Source: an uncultured Spirochaetota bacterium
GTDB lineage: Bacteria; Spirochaetota; Brevinematia; Brevinematales; JAOACQ01
Length of the DNA stretch: 64,000 nt
Reading direction: 5' to 3'
NCBI GenBank assembly: GCA_963835575.1
Contig: CAWIGG010000004.1
Coordinates: 64,001-128,000, forward strand
The notes under the pieces are model-generated. The model had not been told where the DNA came from. It saw only the letters and a list, made by a program, of their open reading frames with translations, and made no database searches. Positions 34,546 through 45,740 of the stretch are shown in pieces (within the stretch, counting starts at the first letter, position 1; each line of letters begins with the position of its first letter). A program made the translations under genes and the position numbers.

Positions 34546-35004
34546 TTATATATCCAATAATGAAACAACATAACTCTCAACAGTATTTGAGCGGGTGTTT
34601 TCAGTCGTTTTTCCTTTGATCCCGATCTGGTTTTCTGAAATTCCGAGGATCGCAGACAATTTCTTTTTCATATCAGGAACAAATTGGGAGATTTTCGGGC
34701 TGTCCAATATAATCACACCGTCAATATTTAAAATCTTGATGTTTTTAAAAAACCTTTGTATGACTTCTTTTAGAATATCTGTACTTTTTATTCCTTTAAA
34801 TTTTTCATCAGTATCCGGGAAAAGTTGGCCGATATCGGGAGCTCCGACTGGAGAAAGAAGCGAATCAACAAGCGCATGAATAAAGACATCCCCGTCGGAA
34901 TGCGCTTCAGATCCGTAAGGGCTTTCTATTTTAATTCCGCCCAATATGAAATCCCTGCCCGGCACAAGCCGGTGCAGGTCATATCCAAGCCCAACCCTCA
35001 GCAT
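34546..35004 (-). CDS. ispF: 2-C-methyl-D-erythritol 2,4-cyclodiphosphate synthase
   Basis: RVGLGYDLH, HSDGDV..HA..D, DIG.LFPD, IK.KTTE. Confidence 0.95.
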   Translation of the reverse strand: MLRVGLGYDLHRLVPGRDFILGGIKIESPYGSEAHSDGDVFIHALVDSLLSPVGAPDIGQLFPDTDEKFKGIKSTDILKEVIQRFFKNIKILNIDGVIILDSPKISQFVPDMKKKLSAILGISENQIGIKGKTTENTRSNTVESYVVSLLDI

Positions 35005-35005
35005 A

Positions 35006-36019
35006 CTACCTCTTCGGTTCCGTAAAGATGATCCTGCCCGCGGAAGTCTGGAGTATGCTCGTTACCTTGACGTTTATCTTTTTGCCGATATAATTGATGC
35101 CGTTGGCGACGACAACCATTGTTCCGTCGGAAAGATACCCGACGCCCTGATTATTTTCCTTGCCTTCCTTCAACACATCAAGCTCCATTTCCTCGCCGGG
35201 CAGAAGCACAGGCTTCATGGCGTTGGCAAGGTCATTCAGATTAAGGATTTGAATACTGTCGAGTTTGGCGACTTTATTGAGATTATAATCGTTAGTTATA
35301 ATACTGGCGGTCATTTCCTTAGCAAGGGCGATCAGCTTGGCATCCACGCCTTTTATTTCCGGATAGTCCCTTGAGAAAATCTTGAGGTCAAGCGTCTGGA
35401 TCTCTTTTAATTTATTCAATACATCCAGCCCCCGCCTTGCCCTGCTCCTCTTGATCGGGTCTTTGGAATCCGCCAAGGCCTGGATCTCATTCAATACAAA
35501 CTTGGGCAGAATAAGTGTGCCGCAGATAAAACCGGTCTCGGCGATATCCGCGATGCGTCCGTCGATGACAACGCTCGTGTCCAGCAGCTTGATATCATCG
35601 CTTTTCCTCTCGCTTTCGCCGCCGAAAGCCAGATTCAGGGCAGAACCGCCGTATTTCTGCGATGCCATGGTCGGCAGAAAAAAGCCCAGGTATGAAAAAG
35701 TGAGTATAAAATAGGGCTTGATCTGCTCGGCGATCGTCTTGATCGGTCCGGCAAATATCGACGGCATCATCTGGCTGAAAAGCTCATACAGGAAATTGCC
35801 GCTGTAATAACCGGCGATAAGACCGAGAAGGGAATACAAAAACACGCCTCTTTTCGAATAAAACATCGCTTCCAGCAGAATCGTCATCAATGCGAGAACC
35901 ACCGCGTAGACAAAAACAAAAGCGCTGCCGCCGCTTACATAGTTAAGCATGCTGAAGACTAAAAAGACAAGGACTATAAACAGCCTTCTTTTTAATGTTT
36001 TGGACATAAAAAACTCCAT
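35006..36019 (-). CDS. Membrane PIN/TRAM-domain protein (YacL-like)
   Basis: LDTSVVIDGRI, RRGLDVL, TND.NLNKVA, GYL.DGTMVVV, LQTSAGRIIF. Confidence 0.92.
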   Translation of the reverse strand: MEFFMSKTLKRRLFIVLVFLVFSMLNYVSGGSAFVFVYAVVLALMTILLEAMFYSKRGVFLYSLLGLIAGYYSGNFLYELFSQMMPSIFAGPIKTIAEQIKPYFILTFSYLGFFLPTMASQKYGGSALNLAFGGESERKSDDIKLLDTSVVIDGRIADIAETGFICGTLILPKFVLNEIQALADSKDPIKRSRARRGLDVLNKLKEIQTLDLKIFSRDYPEIKGVDAKLIALAKEMTASIITNDYNLNKVAKLDSIQILNLNDLANAMKPVLLPGEEMELDVLKEGKENNQGVGYLSDGTMVVVANGINYIGKKINVKVTSILQTSAGRIIFTEPKR

Positions 36020-36215
36020 ATATAAAATTTATAATCAGGTCTTTTATAAAAAACCCGAGCATCTATTTTAAAGTAAACCGGGAATATTATCAATTAAGAG
36101 CGCTCCTATTAAACGGAAAAAACTTTTAGCAGCAAAAATTCTTTATTCCTTAATGCAATATTTATTACTGTCCCAAAAAATCCGCATAATTTATAGAATT
36201 ATTTTATTACCGCCC

Positions 36216-36983
36216 TTAATCCTTTTTCTTTAATAATTTATTCAATAATTTCATGTCTCTCACGAAATCATCCAGATTCTCCGGCGAATCCTTGACAGCC
36301 TCATTTGTCACATGCGAATCGGCAGGAATGAGCTGCAGCAGCCTTTCGAGGGGAAAACTGCCCTGCCCGTAGTGGTCATGCCTGTCATATAGGCCGTAGT
36401 AATCGCCGTCGGTCAAATGATACATTTTCGGCTTTAATTCAATAAATTTCTCCAGATATTCAATGGGATTATGATCAATGGCGTTCGCGGCGCATATGGC
36501 ATGGCCGATATCCAGGCAGAAGCCTGCCCCTGTTTCTTCCATAATATAAAGAATATCTTCCGGGGACGATCCGTTGCAGATAAGGTTTTCCCCCAGGCCG
36601 TAATAGGGCTTGTTCTCAATAATGATTCTTTTATCATTCAGTTCTTTGATCTGCCTGGCTGTTTCTTTAATGTCCCCGTTTACCCCGGGATGAAAAATGA
36701 CAATCCCTGCCTGGACCGAGTCGGCGAACCGGAGAGCTTCATGGGCCATGAGAAAATTGCCTTTTTTATCTTCCTGCCGGGCGAAATTCAATCCGTCTTT
36801 AAAATGAGGGCCATGAATAATAAAAGGAATGCCGACATCCTTCCATAATATATGAAAATCATCATAAGACCCCGGTACGGTATAAAGCTCAATATAATGG
36901 AATATTTCCTCCTGATAGAGGCGCACGGCGTGAGAAATATAATTCTGATTCGTCGACCAGAGCTTTAAACCGAAAAAATACAT
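36216..36983 (-). CDS. Xylose-isomerase/AP-endonuclease-2 TIM-barrel protein
   Basis: H.PH, FHPG, IENKP, CLDIGHA, HLTD, D.H metal-ligand pattern. Confidence 0.8.
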   Translation of the reverse strand: MYFFGLKLWSTNQNYISHAVRLYQEEIFHYIELYTVPGSYDDFHILWKDVGIPFIIHGPHFKDGLNFARQEDKKGNFLMAHEALRFADSVQAGIVIFHPGVNGDIKETARQIKELNDKRIIIENKPYYGLGENLICNGSSPEDILYIMEETGAGFCLDIGHAICAANAIDHNPIEYLEKFIELKPKMYHLTDGDYYGLYDRHDHYGQGSFPLERLLQLIPADSHVTNEAVKDSPENLDDFVRDMKLLNKLLKKKD

Positions 36984-37264
36984 GAATTTCTCCTCTATAA
37001 TAATATTTATTTTTAAGATTTATTTATTAAATTTTTATTATAATAAAAATTTAATAAACTACCATATAATATAATAAAATATTTCAAAATAATAAAGTCT
37101 TTATCCAAAATTAAATTGCCGGACGTCAAAACAAACAATTTATCAGAAGTGTTATAATTGGATATAAAATGGATTTTCAGGAAAACCGGACAAAATCATA
37201 TGAAGGCTTTGATTATAAAGCTTTATTGAAAGGATATTTTTGATTAAAATTTTTTATTATTCAA

Positions 37265-38942
37265 GTTGCCTGTCGGTTATTTCATTTTCGGAGTCAAACC
37301 AGCCCCTTACAATAAGCGGGCAAATAAAAATTTTGTCAGCTTAGCTGATTTTAATAATAAATTTCGAATAATCGATACTCAGACTATACAAAATCCTCTC
37401 TATTTTCTCAAATATTGGGCATATTTCATAAAATTATGCGCAAGGGATACCCAGCATAGCTCCAAATTCACTTTCCGTTGACCTCTGTAAACTGTCTGAA
37501 CATAACCCTTCTGTGTTTTGATGTTTGAAAATACGTGTTCTTTACCTATCCTGCGGTTGTATATCTTTTGCCCTTCTTCGCTGTAAAGTTTTGTTAAATA
37601 AGCATCAATCTTAGACCGATTATTCAATTCAAACTCACTGAAAATTACTGTCTTTTGCTGTGTTTTCGGTTTGATGTTTTTATAACACTCACTGAAAAAT
37701 GGACATCTTTCACAGCCCTTCCGTGAATACAAAAATGTATATCTTTGGTTATTTCGATCTAAATACCCATTTTCCTTACGGCCGCCCCGGCATCCCAGGA
37801 TATATTCGTCATCAATCTTTTCCAGTTTAAAGTCTCTTCGCTTCTGTGATTTATCACTGAAATCCCGCTCTTTCGTATCCACATAAAGGTCTTTTCCTTC
37901 CTCCACCATCCGGATTGTCTCTTCCATGTCCCTGAAAACCCGAATCAAAAAGGTATTTGCTAGCCTTATCAACTTTTAATTCCGCTTTTTTCTGTTCCAC
38001 CCTCTTTACCATTTCTTCCGTATGCTGTTTTTCCGGTGTTGTGATTGCTTCAAAATCTATAATCACATCATTATTACTGACCATCATCGCCGAATTATAT
38101 CCCTGTATAAACACACTATGCGGATTTCCAGACATCAGCTTGCTTTCGGGATCAGTCAGGTTGGTGAATTCTTCGTCTGTCTTTTCCCCTCTCTCTACCT
38201 GTTTTTTGTATTCATCGATTTGGTTCAAAACACTATCGTAAATCTTTTTCCGCCTTGATACCCGCTTCTTCTCCGCTTCGTAATAAGGCTGCTCCAGCTT
38301 GCCTTCCCGGTAAGATTCTTCCAGTTCCAGGTCTTGTTTCACAATCTTTTCCGCCATCTTCTGGTAAGTGTCCATCAGCTTCCGGGTATGTTTCTTTCCC
38401 ACATTCTTATTCTTACTCGCGTAGGCCTTGATCTTTGTGCCGTCACCCACTACCATGTCCCAATCTATAGACCCCATTTCGTTGAGTATATATAAAAGCT
38501 GGCTGAACAACTCCTCGATCTTTTCCTGAAAAAGTACCTTGAACTCGCAAATTACCGAATGGTCAATTTTCAGCCGGTTTGAAACATACATAAACCCAAT
38601 GTGTTTTTTCAGCAAATCTTCTATCTTTCGGCTGATACGATTTCCCGTAATGTAACCGTAGAGTACCGCACAGATCACATCCCGAGGATTTTTAATCTCT
38701 CTGCCTCTATGGTTGTTCTTATAGTAAGCCGCGAAATCCTCCAGTTTAATACGGTTTTTGATGAATTCTTTTAGTATAAATTCTCTGGAATTCTCATCAA
38801 ACTGCTCGCCTATATTGATCGCGAGGAACTCACCCTGCTCCAGGCTGTTCTTTTCAAATCTTGCCATCTTTTTCTCCCGTTTTATTTTAACGGGAACCCT
38901 GCCGTATGTCCATGAAGCATGTTATAAAAACCGACAGGCAAC
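37265..38942 (-). mobile_element. IS1182-family element
   Basis: 14-bp perfect TIR GTTGCCTGTCGGTT / AACCGACAGGCAAC; no TSD seen. Confidence 0.8.
37400..38867 (-). pseudogene. IS1182-family transposase with +1 frameshift near 37930
   Basis: DUF772-like N-terminus, DGTKIKA, TDPES, GYN, DSGF in ORF 37854-38867; C..CP...C and Y.RR...E.VF..IK in ORF 37400-37972. Confidence 0.8.
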
Positions 38943-39210
38943 GGCATTAAAACAAAAGAATCCCGGCTGAGGATCATTTTCTTCCTGGCCGGTTTTATTT
39001 GTTTTCTGATTCCCTGGTTAAACATTTTATTGTTACATTAATCCGGTTTATATATTATAATAAATTATATAAAAATCTTTTCCGGGTCATGCACTGATTT
39101 TAACTGTGATAAGATTAGATTTTTAATTAAAAGTTTATATATTTATTTATAATGGGTTTATTGACTGCCGGTCCCGGTTTTTATTAATTATTTGAGTAAA
39201 GGGCTAATAT

Positions 39211-39888
39211 ATGAATAGGGTACGCAAAGGATTTTATAATCTTTTTAAAAATGTAATTAAATTATACTTAAATACTTTTCTGGAATTTAAGGTCTGGGGG
39301 AAGGAAAACATCCCGGAAGGGCCTAAAATATTCTGCTCGAACCATTTTTCCTCAACGGACCCTTTTTATATGATAACCATCATGGATGAACCGATCCATA
39401 TGATCATAGGCCCCGGATTTTCCGTTCCAGTTTTTAAACACGTATTGAAACTCGGGAAACAAATCAACGCGTTGTCTGAAAACAGGGACAAAGTAATTCC
39501 CACTGCGGTTGAATATCTAAAAAAGAATGAATCGATCTATATTTTCCCGGAAGGGGACCTGAATGATCAGAAAGTACTGAAGACCTTTTACCCCGGCCTT
39601 GCCCGTATTTATCTGTCCTATCCAGTCCCGATAGTTCCAATTGGGATTATCTCTCCGATACGGTATGTCAAAGAAAAAGAAAAAAACATTAAAATCGGCG
39701 AAACCATTTATAAAACATTGACAGTATTGACCGGGAAATTTTATGCCAATATCGGGCAGCCGATGACTTTTCCGGAATTTGAAAAAAAAGGGCTGACGCG
39801 GAATGCCGTCGATCAGGTTACGGGCGATGTAAAAAAAAGGATTGAATTATTAATCCATGATATCAAAGTAAATAAATTCTGGAGTTAA
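39211..39888 (+). CDS. plsC: 1-acyl-sn-glycerol-3-phosphate acyltransferase
   Basis: NHxSxxD (NHFSSTD), IFPEG, PIVPIGI. Confidence 0.85.
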   Translation: MNRVRKGFYNLFKNVIKLYLNTFLEFKVWGKENIPEGPKIFCSNHFSSTDPFYMITIMDEPIHMIIGPGFSVPVFKHVLKLGKQINALSENRDKVIPTAVEYLKKNESIYIFPEGDLNDQKVLKTFYPGLARIYLSYPVPIVPIGIISPIRYVKEKEKNIKIGETIYKTLTVLTGKFYANIGQPMTFPEFEKKGLTRNAVDQVTGDVKKRIELLIHDIKVNKFWS

Positions 39889-39898
39889 GGAGAGTGTT

Positions 39899-40102
39899 AT
39901 GGTTTTAAAAGACGAGATCAAAGAGCTGTTCAATCTGATAAACAGCCATACGGAAGAAATTGAGTTTTTAAACTTTTTTATCAGAATGCAAAATGGTACG
40001 ATCTTTAAATATAAAATGGACAAAAAAAAAGAGTTTAGAATCAAACTCAGGGATGAAGTCAGGAAATTGGATAAAAAAAAGAAACTTGAAAAGATTAAAT
40101 AA
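39899..40102 (+). CDS. Small basic hypothetical protein
   Basis: AAGGAG RBS directly after the plsC stop. Confidence 0.55.
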   Translation: MVLKDEIKELFNLINSHTEEIEFLNFFIRMQNGTIFKYKMDKKKEFRIKLRDEVRKLDKKKKLEKIK

Positions 40103-40180
40103 CCGCCGGGGCTGAGCAAGTCCTGTTTATTGCATACCTTATACTGGACGGAATTATCATATTATAACCGGGAGGAATTT

Positions 40181-41026
40181 ATGGCCTCGATAATTGAAGT
40201 GATCGACAATAGATTTTCGAATAGGGCCTATTCGGAAAAGAAAGTGGAAGAAAGTAAAAAAAAGATCCTGATGGAATATATTACCCGGCATAATAAAGGA
40301 CCTTTCGGCAATACCGTCCGCTTTCAATTCGTGGAAATACCGGAAGGCGATATGAGCGGGCTGAGGAGTCTGGGAACTTACAGCATGATCAAAGGCGCCG
40401 TACTTTACCTTGCCGGCGCAGTAAAAAAGAATGAAAATTCAATGGAAGACTTCGGATACTGCATGGAAACCGCGGTCCTCAAAGCGACCGAATTGGGAAT
40501 CGGCTCCTGCTGGCTGGGAGGCACCCTCAACCGCGGTACATTTGCCGGGAAAATAGACCTGGGCCGGGATGAAGTCATTCCGGCGGTGACCCCGCTGGGA
40601 TACCCCGGAAATAAGAGTTCGTTCATTGTCGGCCTGCTGGGAATGGCCAGAGGCTCCCGCAGCCGGAAGGGATTTGAGGAGATTTTTTTTAAAGGCGCCA
40701 TAGATAATCCGCTTAATAAACAAGAACTGGGGCCATATGAAACGGTCCTGGAATGCGTCAGGCTGGCCCCGTCGGCCTCGAATAAACAGCCCTGGAGGAT
40801 TATCCGGGAGAAAGATAAAAATGTCTTTCATTTCTTTTTAAATGAGGACAAATTCTACAACAATGCTTTTAAGGGAATAAAGATGCAGAATATTGACATC
40901 GGTATCGCTCTGTGCCATTTTGAATTAACCGCTAAAGAGTTGGGCTTAAAAGGCTCATGGGAAACCAAAAATCCGGTCCTGGATTCAGGAAGTCTGGTTT
41001 ATATTACCTCGTGGTCCGGTAAATAA
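40181..41026 (+). CDS. Nitroreductase-family protein (duplicated domain)
   Basis: R.S.R.Y, LGIGSCWLGG, LAPSASNKQPW; ATG 40181 with GGAGG. Confidence 0.88.
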   Translation: MASIIEVIDNRFSNRAYSEKKVEESKKKILMEYITRHNKGPFGNTVRFQFVEIPEGDMSGLRSLGTYSMIKGAVLYLAGAVKKNENSMEDFGYCMETAVLKATELGIGSCWLGGTLNRGTFAGKIDLGRDEVIPAVTPLGYPGNKSSFIVGLLGMARGSRSRKGFEEIFFKGAIDNPLNKQELGPYETVLECVRLAPSASNKQPWRIIREKDKNVFHFFLNEDKFYNNAFKGIKMQNIDIGIALCHFELTAKELGLKGSWETKNPVLDSGSLVYITSWSGK

Positions 41027-41053
41027 CCGCTGTGATTTCAGATCCTACCGTCC

Positions 41054-43891
41054 TTACCCCATATCCATCAAATCCCTCAGATCGTCCCATGTCATATTTT
41101 TAATGAAGGTATGGCTCTGGGTGACCAAGTTGTCAAACATATCTTTTTTATAGAATTGAAGCTTCTTGATCTTTTCCTCGATGGTGCCGGCTGTCAGCAG
41201 CCTGTAGACATGCACAACGCTCTTCTGGCCGATGCGGTGCACGCGGTCGATGGCCTGGTTTTCCACTGCCGGGTTCCACCATGGGTCGAACAGGATGACG
41301 GAATCGGCGCCGATGATGTTGAGGCCCGTTCCGCCGGCTTTTAAGGAGATGAGAAAGACCGGTATTTCCGAGGCGTTAAAATGCTCGACGAGCTCAAAGC
41401 GGTTTTTTGTCTGCCCGTCAATATAGGAATATTCGATATCTTCCTTTTTAAGCTCCAGGCGGATGATCTTGAGCATTTCCACGAACTGGCTGAAAACCGC
41501 GACGCGGTGGCCGCTGTCGATGGATTCGAGAATAAGCTCCATCAGGGCCTTGAGCTTGATCGAGATATCGGGAACGTCCAGCAGGCTCCTGTCAAATAGG
41601 CCCGGGTGCAGGCAGAGCTGGCGCAGGCGGGTGAGCGCCGCCAGGACATCGATGGCTGAACGTCCGATGGAACCGAACGCCTGCAGGGCCTGATAATTCT
41701 TTTTGACGGAAGAGAGCGTTTCCAGGTAAAGGGCTTTCTGTTTTTCCGTCAGCTCCAGAAGGATTTCCTGTTCTATCTTCCGGGGCAGTTCTTTTAAGAC
41801 GGTGTCTTTTGTACGGCGGAGTATAAAAGGCTTGACAAGGGCTTTCAGCTGACGCATCGCGGTATTCCTTTCCTCCGCATTAAAACTTGAGAGCGGGTTT
41901 TCAAAGCGTTTTTTAAAAGCGGGATGGCCGCCGAGAAAATCCGGCATCAGGAAATCAAAAATAGACCAGAGCTCCGTGATGGTATTTTCAACGGGCGTTC
42001 CCGTGAGCGCCAGCCTGTATCGCGACCGGATGCCCTTGATGCTGTGCGTCCGTTTGGCCTGCTTATTCTTGATATGCTGGGCCTCGTCTATAATACAGTA
42101 ATGAAAAAAGAACTCTTGATATTCCCTGTTGTCGGCATGGAGCAGGGGATAGGAAGTAATGGCCATGTCGTAATCCGGTATCTTTTTTATTTTTTCCAGT
42201 CTTTCCTTTTTTGTGCCGTCGATGATGATATATGAAAGGCCGTCCCCGATAAATTTCCTGATTTCATTGACCCAGTTGTAAACAAGAGCCGTCGGGCAGA
42301 CAATAAGCGAATAACCTGTCCCTTTTATAATAAGAAGAAAGGCAAGGACCTGGACTGTTTTTCCCAGGCCCATTTCATCGGCCAGTATTCCGCTGAACCC
42401 GGTCCGTTTAAGAAAATCCATCCAGTAGATCCCTGTTTTCTGATAAGAGCGCAGGAGACTGCCCGGATGCTCCGGAATGGGAATCTCCCTCAGCACTTTC
42501 CTGTTCTGTCCGGAGTATTCGATAAATTCGGAAAGACCCGTCAAATTTTCATTTATTTTAATATTCATACCGTCCTTTACAAGATACGGGAGGCGGAAGG
42601 GCTGGATGGAAAGCTCCTTATTTTCTTTCTGGAAATTCAAATCCTCCAGGAGCTGTTTGAGAGAACTGATTTCGCTCTGAGAGGGCGCGATGATCGCGTT
42701 GTCTTTTTCCAGAAAGCCCTGCCTGGCAAGCGCAGAAAGTTCGGCCAATGAGAGAACAATATCCCGCATCCTGTAGCGGAAATTCACTTCAAGCCAGTTT
42801 ATCCCGGCATAGCTTTTTCTGCCCGACGGCATGATTTCGACGCTTCTTTCATCGAAGTCTCCCGGCAGAAATTCAAGCTTTGAAGAATCCGTCCTTATCT
42901 CAATATACGGCATTACGGAAGGGAGGAATTTATGAAAGAGGGTTTCGCTGTCAGACGTGGCGATCTCATTTTTTTGAAACTCATTCAAAATCTCATAGAA
43001 TGAGTTTTTAACCGCCTCGGCGGTATGCTGAAGTTTTTCATAAAAAGGAGTGTCGGGCCTGGAAAGAAGAAGCCTGTTCTTGTCAACCGGGATAAGGATA
43101 TCTTCGCGGAGCAGGACGCTTTTTCTGACCTCGCTGAAATAGAGAGGGTGTTTAATACTGCTGTTGCCGGTTGAAGCAGAAATAAAAGCCTTTATTTGAA
43201 AGTCGGAAGGGTCCTTTCTGCTGAAATAAAAAAGTATTTTAGCGTCTGTTATTTCTATTATCTCGGGAATTTGAAAATGCCTGCCGAGAGTGTTTTTATC
43301 AAACCCGGAAGGTGAAGTCAGCCTCTTTTTCAAACCATACTCGGCGTGGATGCTGCCGGATTTAAAAAGTTCCCGCAGGATTTCCTGATTGAGAGTAAAC
43401 GGGACCGGATAAAGTGTTTTTTTATCTGTGATATAATTTTCATAAGAACTTTCAAAAAGATAAAAGCCTTCAATCCCCGGCAGATGAATATTCTCAAAGG
43501 AATCATCAAAGCCGATCTTTAACGGATAATAATTTTCCGACTTTTTCAGAATAAAACTTTCTCCGTCCAGTTTGAACAGGCATTGCATTTCAATCAGTTT
43601 CCTGAAAAAAAGAGTGTCGGCGGGCATCAGGATCGTGATTTCATTATTCTGCCTTTCGGCAATATTGAAGGAATAGGTTTTAAATAGAAGTATAAAATCC
43701 CTTGTTTCCGGGGAAAGGGAAGAAAAGTCTTCTATGATGTCAAAACCGAAAAATTCCCCCTGCATATTGAGGGAAAGGAGCCTTTCGGCCAGAGGATTTT
43801 CCGCCTGGATTGACACAACCATTCTGCTGATAAAGCGGCCTTCCGCCGTTAGCCCGGCGGAAACAGCGATGTCTGACCCGCTTTTCTGCAC
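41054..43891 (-). CDS. SNF2-family helicase/ATPase
   Basis: LADEMGLGKT, DEAQHIKN, LTGTPVEN, LRRTK, SLKAGGTGLN, QAIDRVHRIGQ. Confidence 0.95.
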   Translation of the reverse strand: MQKSGSDIAVSAGLTAEGRFISRMVVSIQAENPLAERLLSLNMQGEFFGFDIIEDFSSLSPETRDFILLFKTYSFNIAERQNNEITILMPADTLFFRKLIEMQCLFKLDGESFILKKSENYYPLKIGFDDSFENIHLPGIEGFYLFESSYENYITDKKTLYPVPFTLNQEILRELFKSGSIHAEYGLKKRLTSPSGFDKNTLGRHFQIPEIIEITDAKILFYFSRKDPSDFQIKAFISASTGNSSIKHPLYFSEVRKSVLLREDILIPVDKNRLLLSRPDTPFYEKLQHTAEAVKNSFYEILNEFQKNEIATSDSETLFHKFLPSVMPYIEIRTDSSKLEFLPGDFDERSVEIMPSGRKSYAGINWLEVNFRYRMRDIVLSLAELSALARQGFLEKDNAIIAPSQSEISSLKQLLEDLNFQKENKELSIQPFRLPYLVKDGMNIKINENLTGLSEFIEYSGQNRKVLREIPIPEHPGSLLRSYQKTGIYWMDFLKRTGFSGILADEMGLGKTVQVLAFLLIIKGTGYSLIVCPTALVYNWVNEIRKFIGDGLSYIIIDGTKKERLEKIKKIPDYDMAITSYPLLHADNREYQEFFFHYCIIDEAQHIKNKQAKRTHSIKGIRSRYRLALTGTPVENTITELWSIFDFLMPDFLGGHPAFKKRFENPLSSFNAEERNTAMRQLKALVKPFILRRTKDTVLKELPRKIEQEILLELTEKQKALYLETLSSVKKNYQALQAFGSIGRSAIDVLAALTRLRQLCLHPGLFDRSLLDVPDISIKLKALMELILESIDSGHRVAVFSQFVEMLKIIRLELKKEDIEYSYIDGQTKNRFELVEHFNASEIPVFLISLKAGGTGLNIIGADSVILFDPWWNPAVENQAIDRVHRIGQKSVVHVYRLLTAGTIEEKIKKLQFYKKDMFDNLVTQSHTFIKNMTWDDLRDLMDMG

Positions 43892-44002
43892 TTTTACCCC
43901 CTAAAAAAATTGATGCCGTATAAAAATCATTTTTTAAGCAACTCTACATTATATCTGCCTTGACCGGCTATATCAAGGAATCAGGACAATTATTGAATTT
44001 AT

Positions 44003-45522
44003 GTAACTATCCAGCCACTAAAAAATAGTCACATGAAATATTTGCATTGAGCATGAAACCATGCTATTCTATAGCATGAATGAAGATAGAAGAGAAAAAG
44101 ACTGTGCGGCCTGCTTAAAACGATTTGAAGGCATCATTGCTGATTTACAAAACCAGATAAAGGAGCAGGGTTTAATCATTCAAAGACAAGCGGAAAAGAT
44201 TAAGAAATTGGAAGAACAGCTTAATAAGGACAGCCATAACAGCAATAAACCGCCGTCTTCCGATAATCCATTCCAAAATACAGTAAAGAATTTACGGAAA
44301 AAGAGCGGTAAAAAACAAGGCGGCCAGTTTGGACATAAGGGAAATACTCTGAAGAAAGTAGAAAGCCCTGATAAGATCATAGAACATCAGGTTGAAAAAT
44401 GTTCCTGTTGTGGAATTGATTTAAGTTCCGAATCAGTTAAGCGGACGGAAAGAAGGCAGGTGTTCGATATACCTCCGATAAAAGTGGAAGTTACCGAACA
44501 TCGCTCGGAAGTAAAAGATTGTCCGCATTGCGGTGCGAGAGTAACGGCGGAGTTTCCGGAAGGCATAACCAATAAGGCACAGTATGGAAAAAACATTAAA
44601 GCGCATCTGGTCTATATGAAAACATATGGGTTGATACCCTATGAAAGGCTTTCGGAATACGCCGAATGTTTATTGGGAGTGCCGCTCAGCAAGGCAACGA
44701 TTGAAGGATTTATCCGGGAGACCTACAATAAATTAGAAGAGTATGAACAGAAAGTCATAGAACTGATACTAAAAGAAGTGGTTCTTCACTGTGATGAAAC
44801 CGGTATTCGGATAAAAGGGTTATTAAAATGGCTCCATGTTGCCTCGAATGAACGTTTTACCTATTATTTTTCTCATGACAAACGCGGCACAGAGGCGATG
44901 CGTGCGATGGACATTCTCACAAGATTTACCGGTATTATTATCCACGATGGATGGAAAAGTTATCTGGAATTCTTATGCCGTCATGGATTGTGTAATGTAC
45001 ACCATTTGAGAGAGCTAATCTGGATACATGAGGAAATGGGTCAGGAATGGGCTAAGGAGATGGGTAATCTTCTTATAAGGATTAAGAATGATAAAGAGGC
45101 AAGTTTTCCAATACCGGCGGAAAGGATTATAGAATATGATACGGAATATGACCGGATCATCGCGAAAGGATTTGCTGTAAATCCAACGCCTGAAAAGCCG
45201 GAAGGACTTGTTAAACGCGGCAGAAAAAAGCGGGGCAAGGTTTTATGCCTATTAGACCGATTAAGAAAATATAAAGAATCTGTCCTTTTATTTATGCGGG
45301 AAAAAGATGTTCCATTCAGCAACAATTTGGCGGAACGGGATATCAGAATGATAAAAGTCCAGCAGAAAATATCAGGTACATTCAGAAGCTGGAATGGAGC
45401 GGCTGCCTTTTGCAGAATCAGGGGTTATATATCTACAGTAAAAAAGATGGGCGTCAGTGTTTATCAAGCCCTTATTGACGCGTTGAACGGCTCCGCTATT
45501 AAATATGCGGCTGGATAGTTAC
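44003..45522 (+). mobile_element. IS66-family element (single-ORF type)
   Basis: TIR GTAACTATCCAGCC / GGCTGGATAGTTAC; 8-bp TSD GAATTTAT at 43995-44002 and 45523-45530. Confidence 0.93.
44061..45518 (+). CDS. IS66-family transposase
   Basis: NS.KPPSSD, GGQ.GH.G, two CxxC, DETG, HDG, C.VH.LREL, NNLAERDIR. Confidence 0.95.
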   Translation: MLFYSMNEDRREKDCAACLKRFEGIIADLQNQIKEQGLIIQRQAEKIKKLEEQLNKDSHNSNKPPSSDNPFQNTVKNLRKKSGKKQGGQFGHKGNTLKKVESPDKIIEHQVEKCSCCGIDLSSESVKRTERRQVFDIPPIKVEVTEHRSEVKDCPHCGARVTAEFPEGITNKAQYGKNIKAHLVYMKTYGLIPYERLSEYAECLLGVPLSKATIEGFIRETYNKLEEYEQKVIELILKEVVLHCDETGIRIKGLLKWLHVASNERFTYYFSHDKRGTEAMRAMDILTRFTGIIIHDGWKSYLEFLCRHGLCNVHHLRELIWIHEEMGQEWAKEMGNLLIRIKNDKEASFPIPAERIIEYDTEYDRIIAKGFAVNPTPEKPEGLVKRGRKKRGKVLCLLDRLRKYKESVLLFMREKDVPFSNNLAERDIRMIKVQQKISGTFRSWNGAAAFCRIRGYISTVKKMGVSVYQALIDALNGSAIKYAAG

Positions 45523-45740
45523 GAATTTATAATTATTTTTAATCTTTTTTTTATCCGCAAATTATATGAGTGGTCCGTCCTTATAAAACCTTAAAAGACT
45601 TCATGAATATTGGTTAAAAAGGCGGAAATGGTGTAAAATTACTTCCGGGAAATAGTAAGGCGCATGGATGCATTTAAACATGAAAATGAAATCCAGAGGG
45701 AAATAAAAACAGGCGATGACAGCAGAGGGTATTTTAAAGT

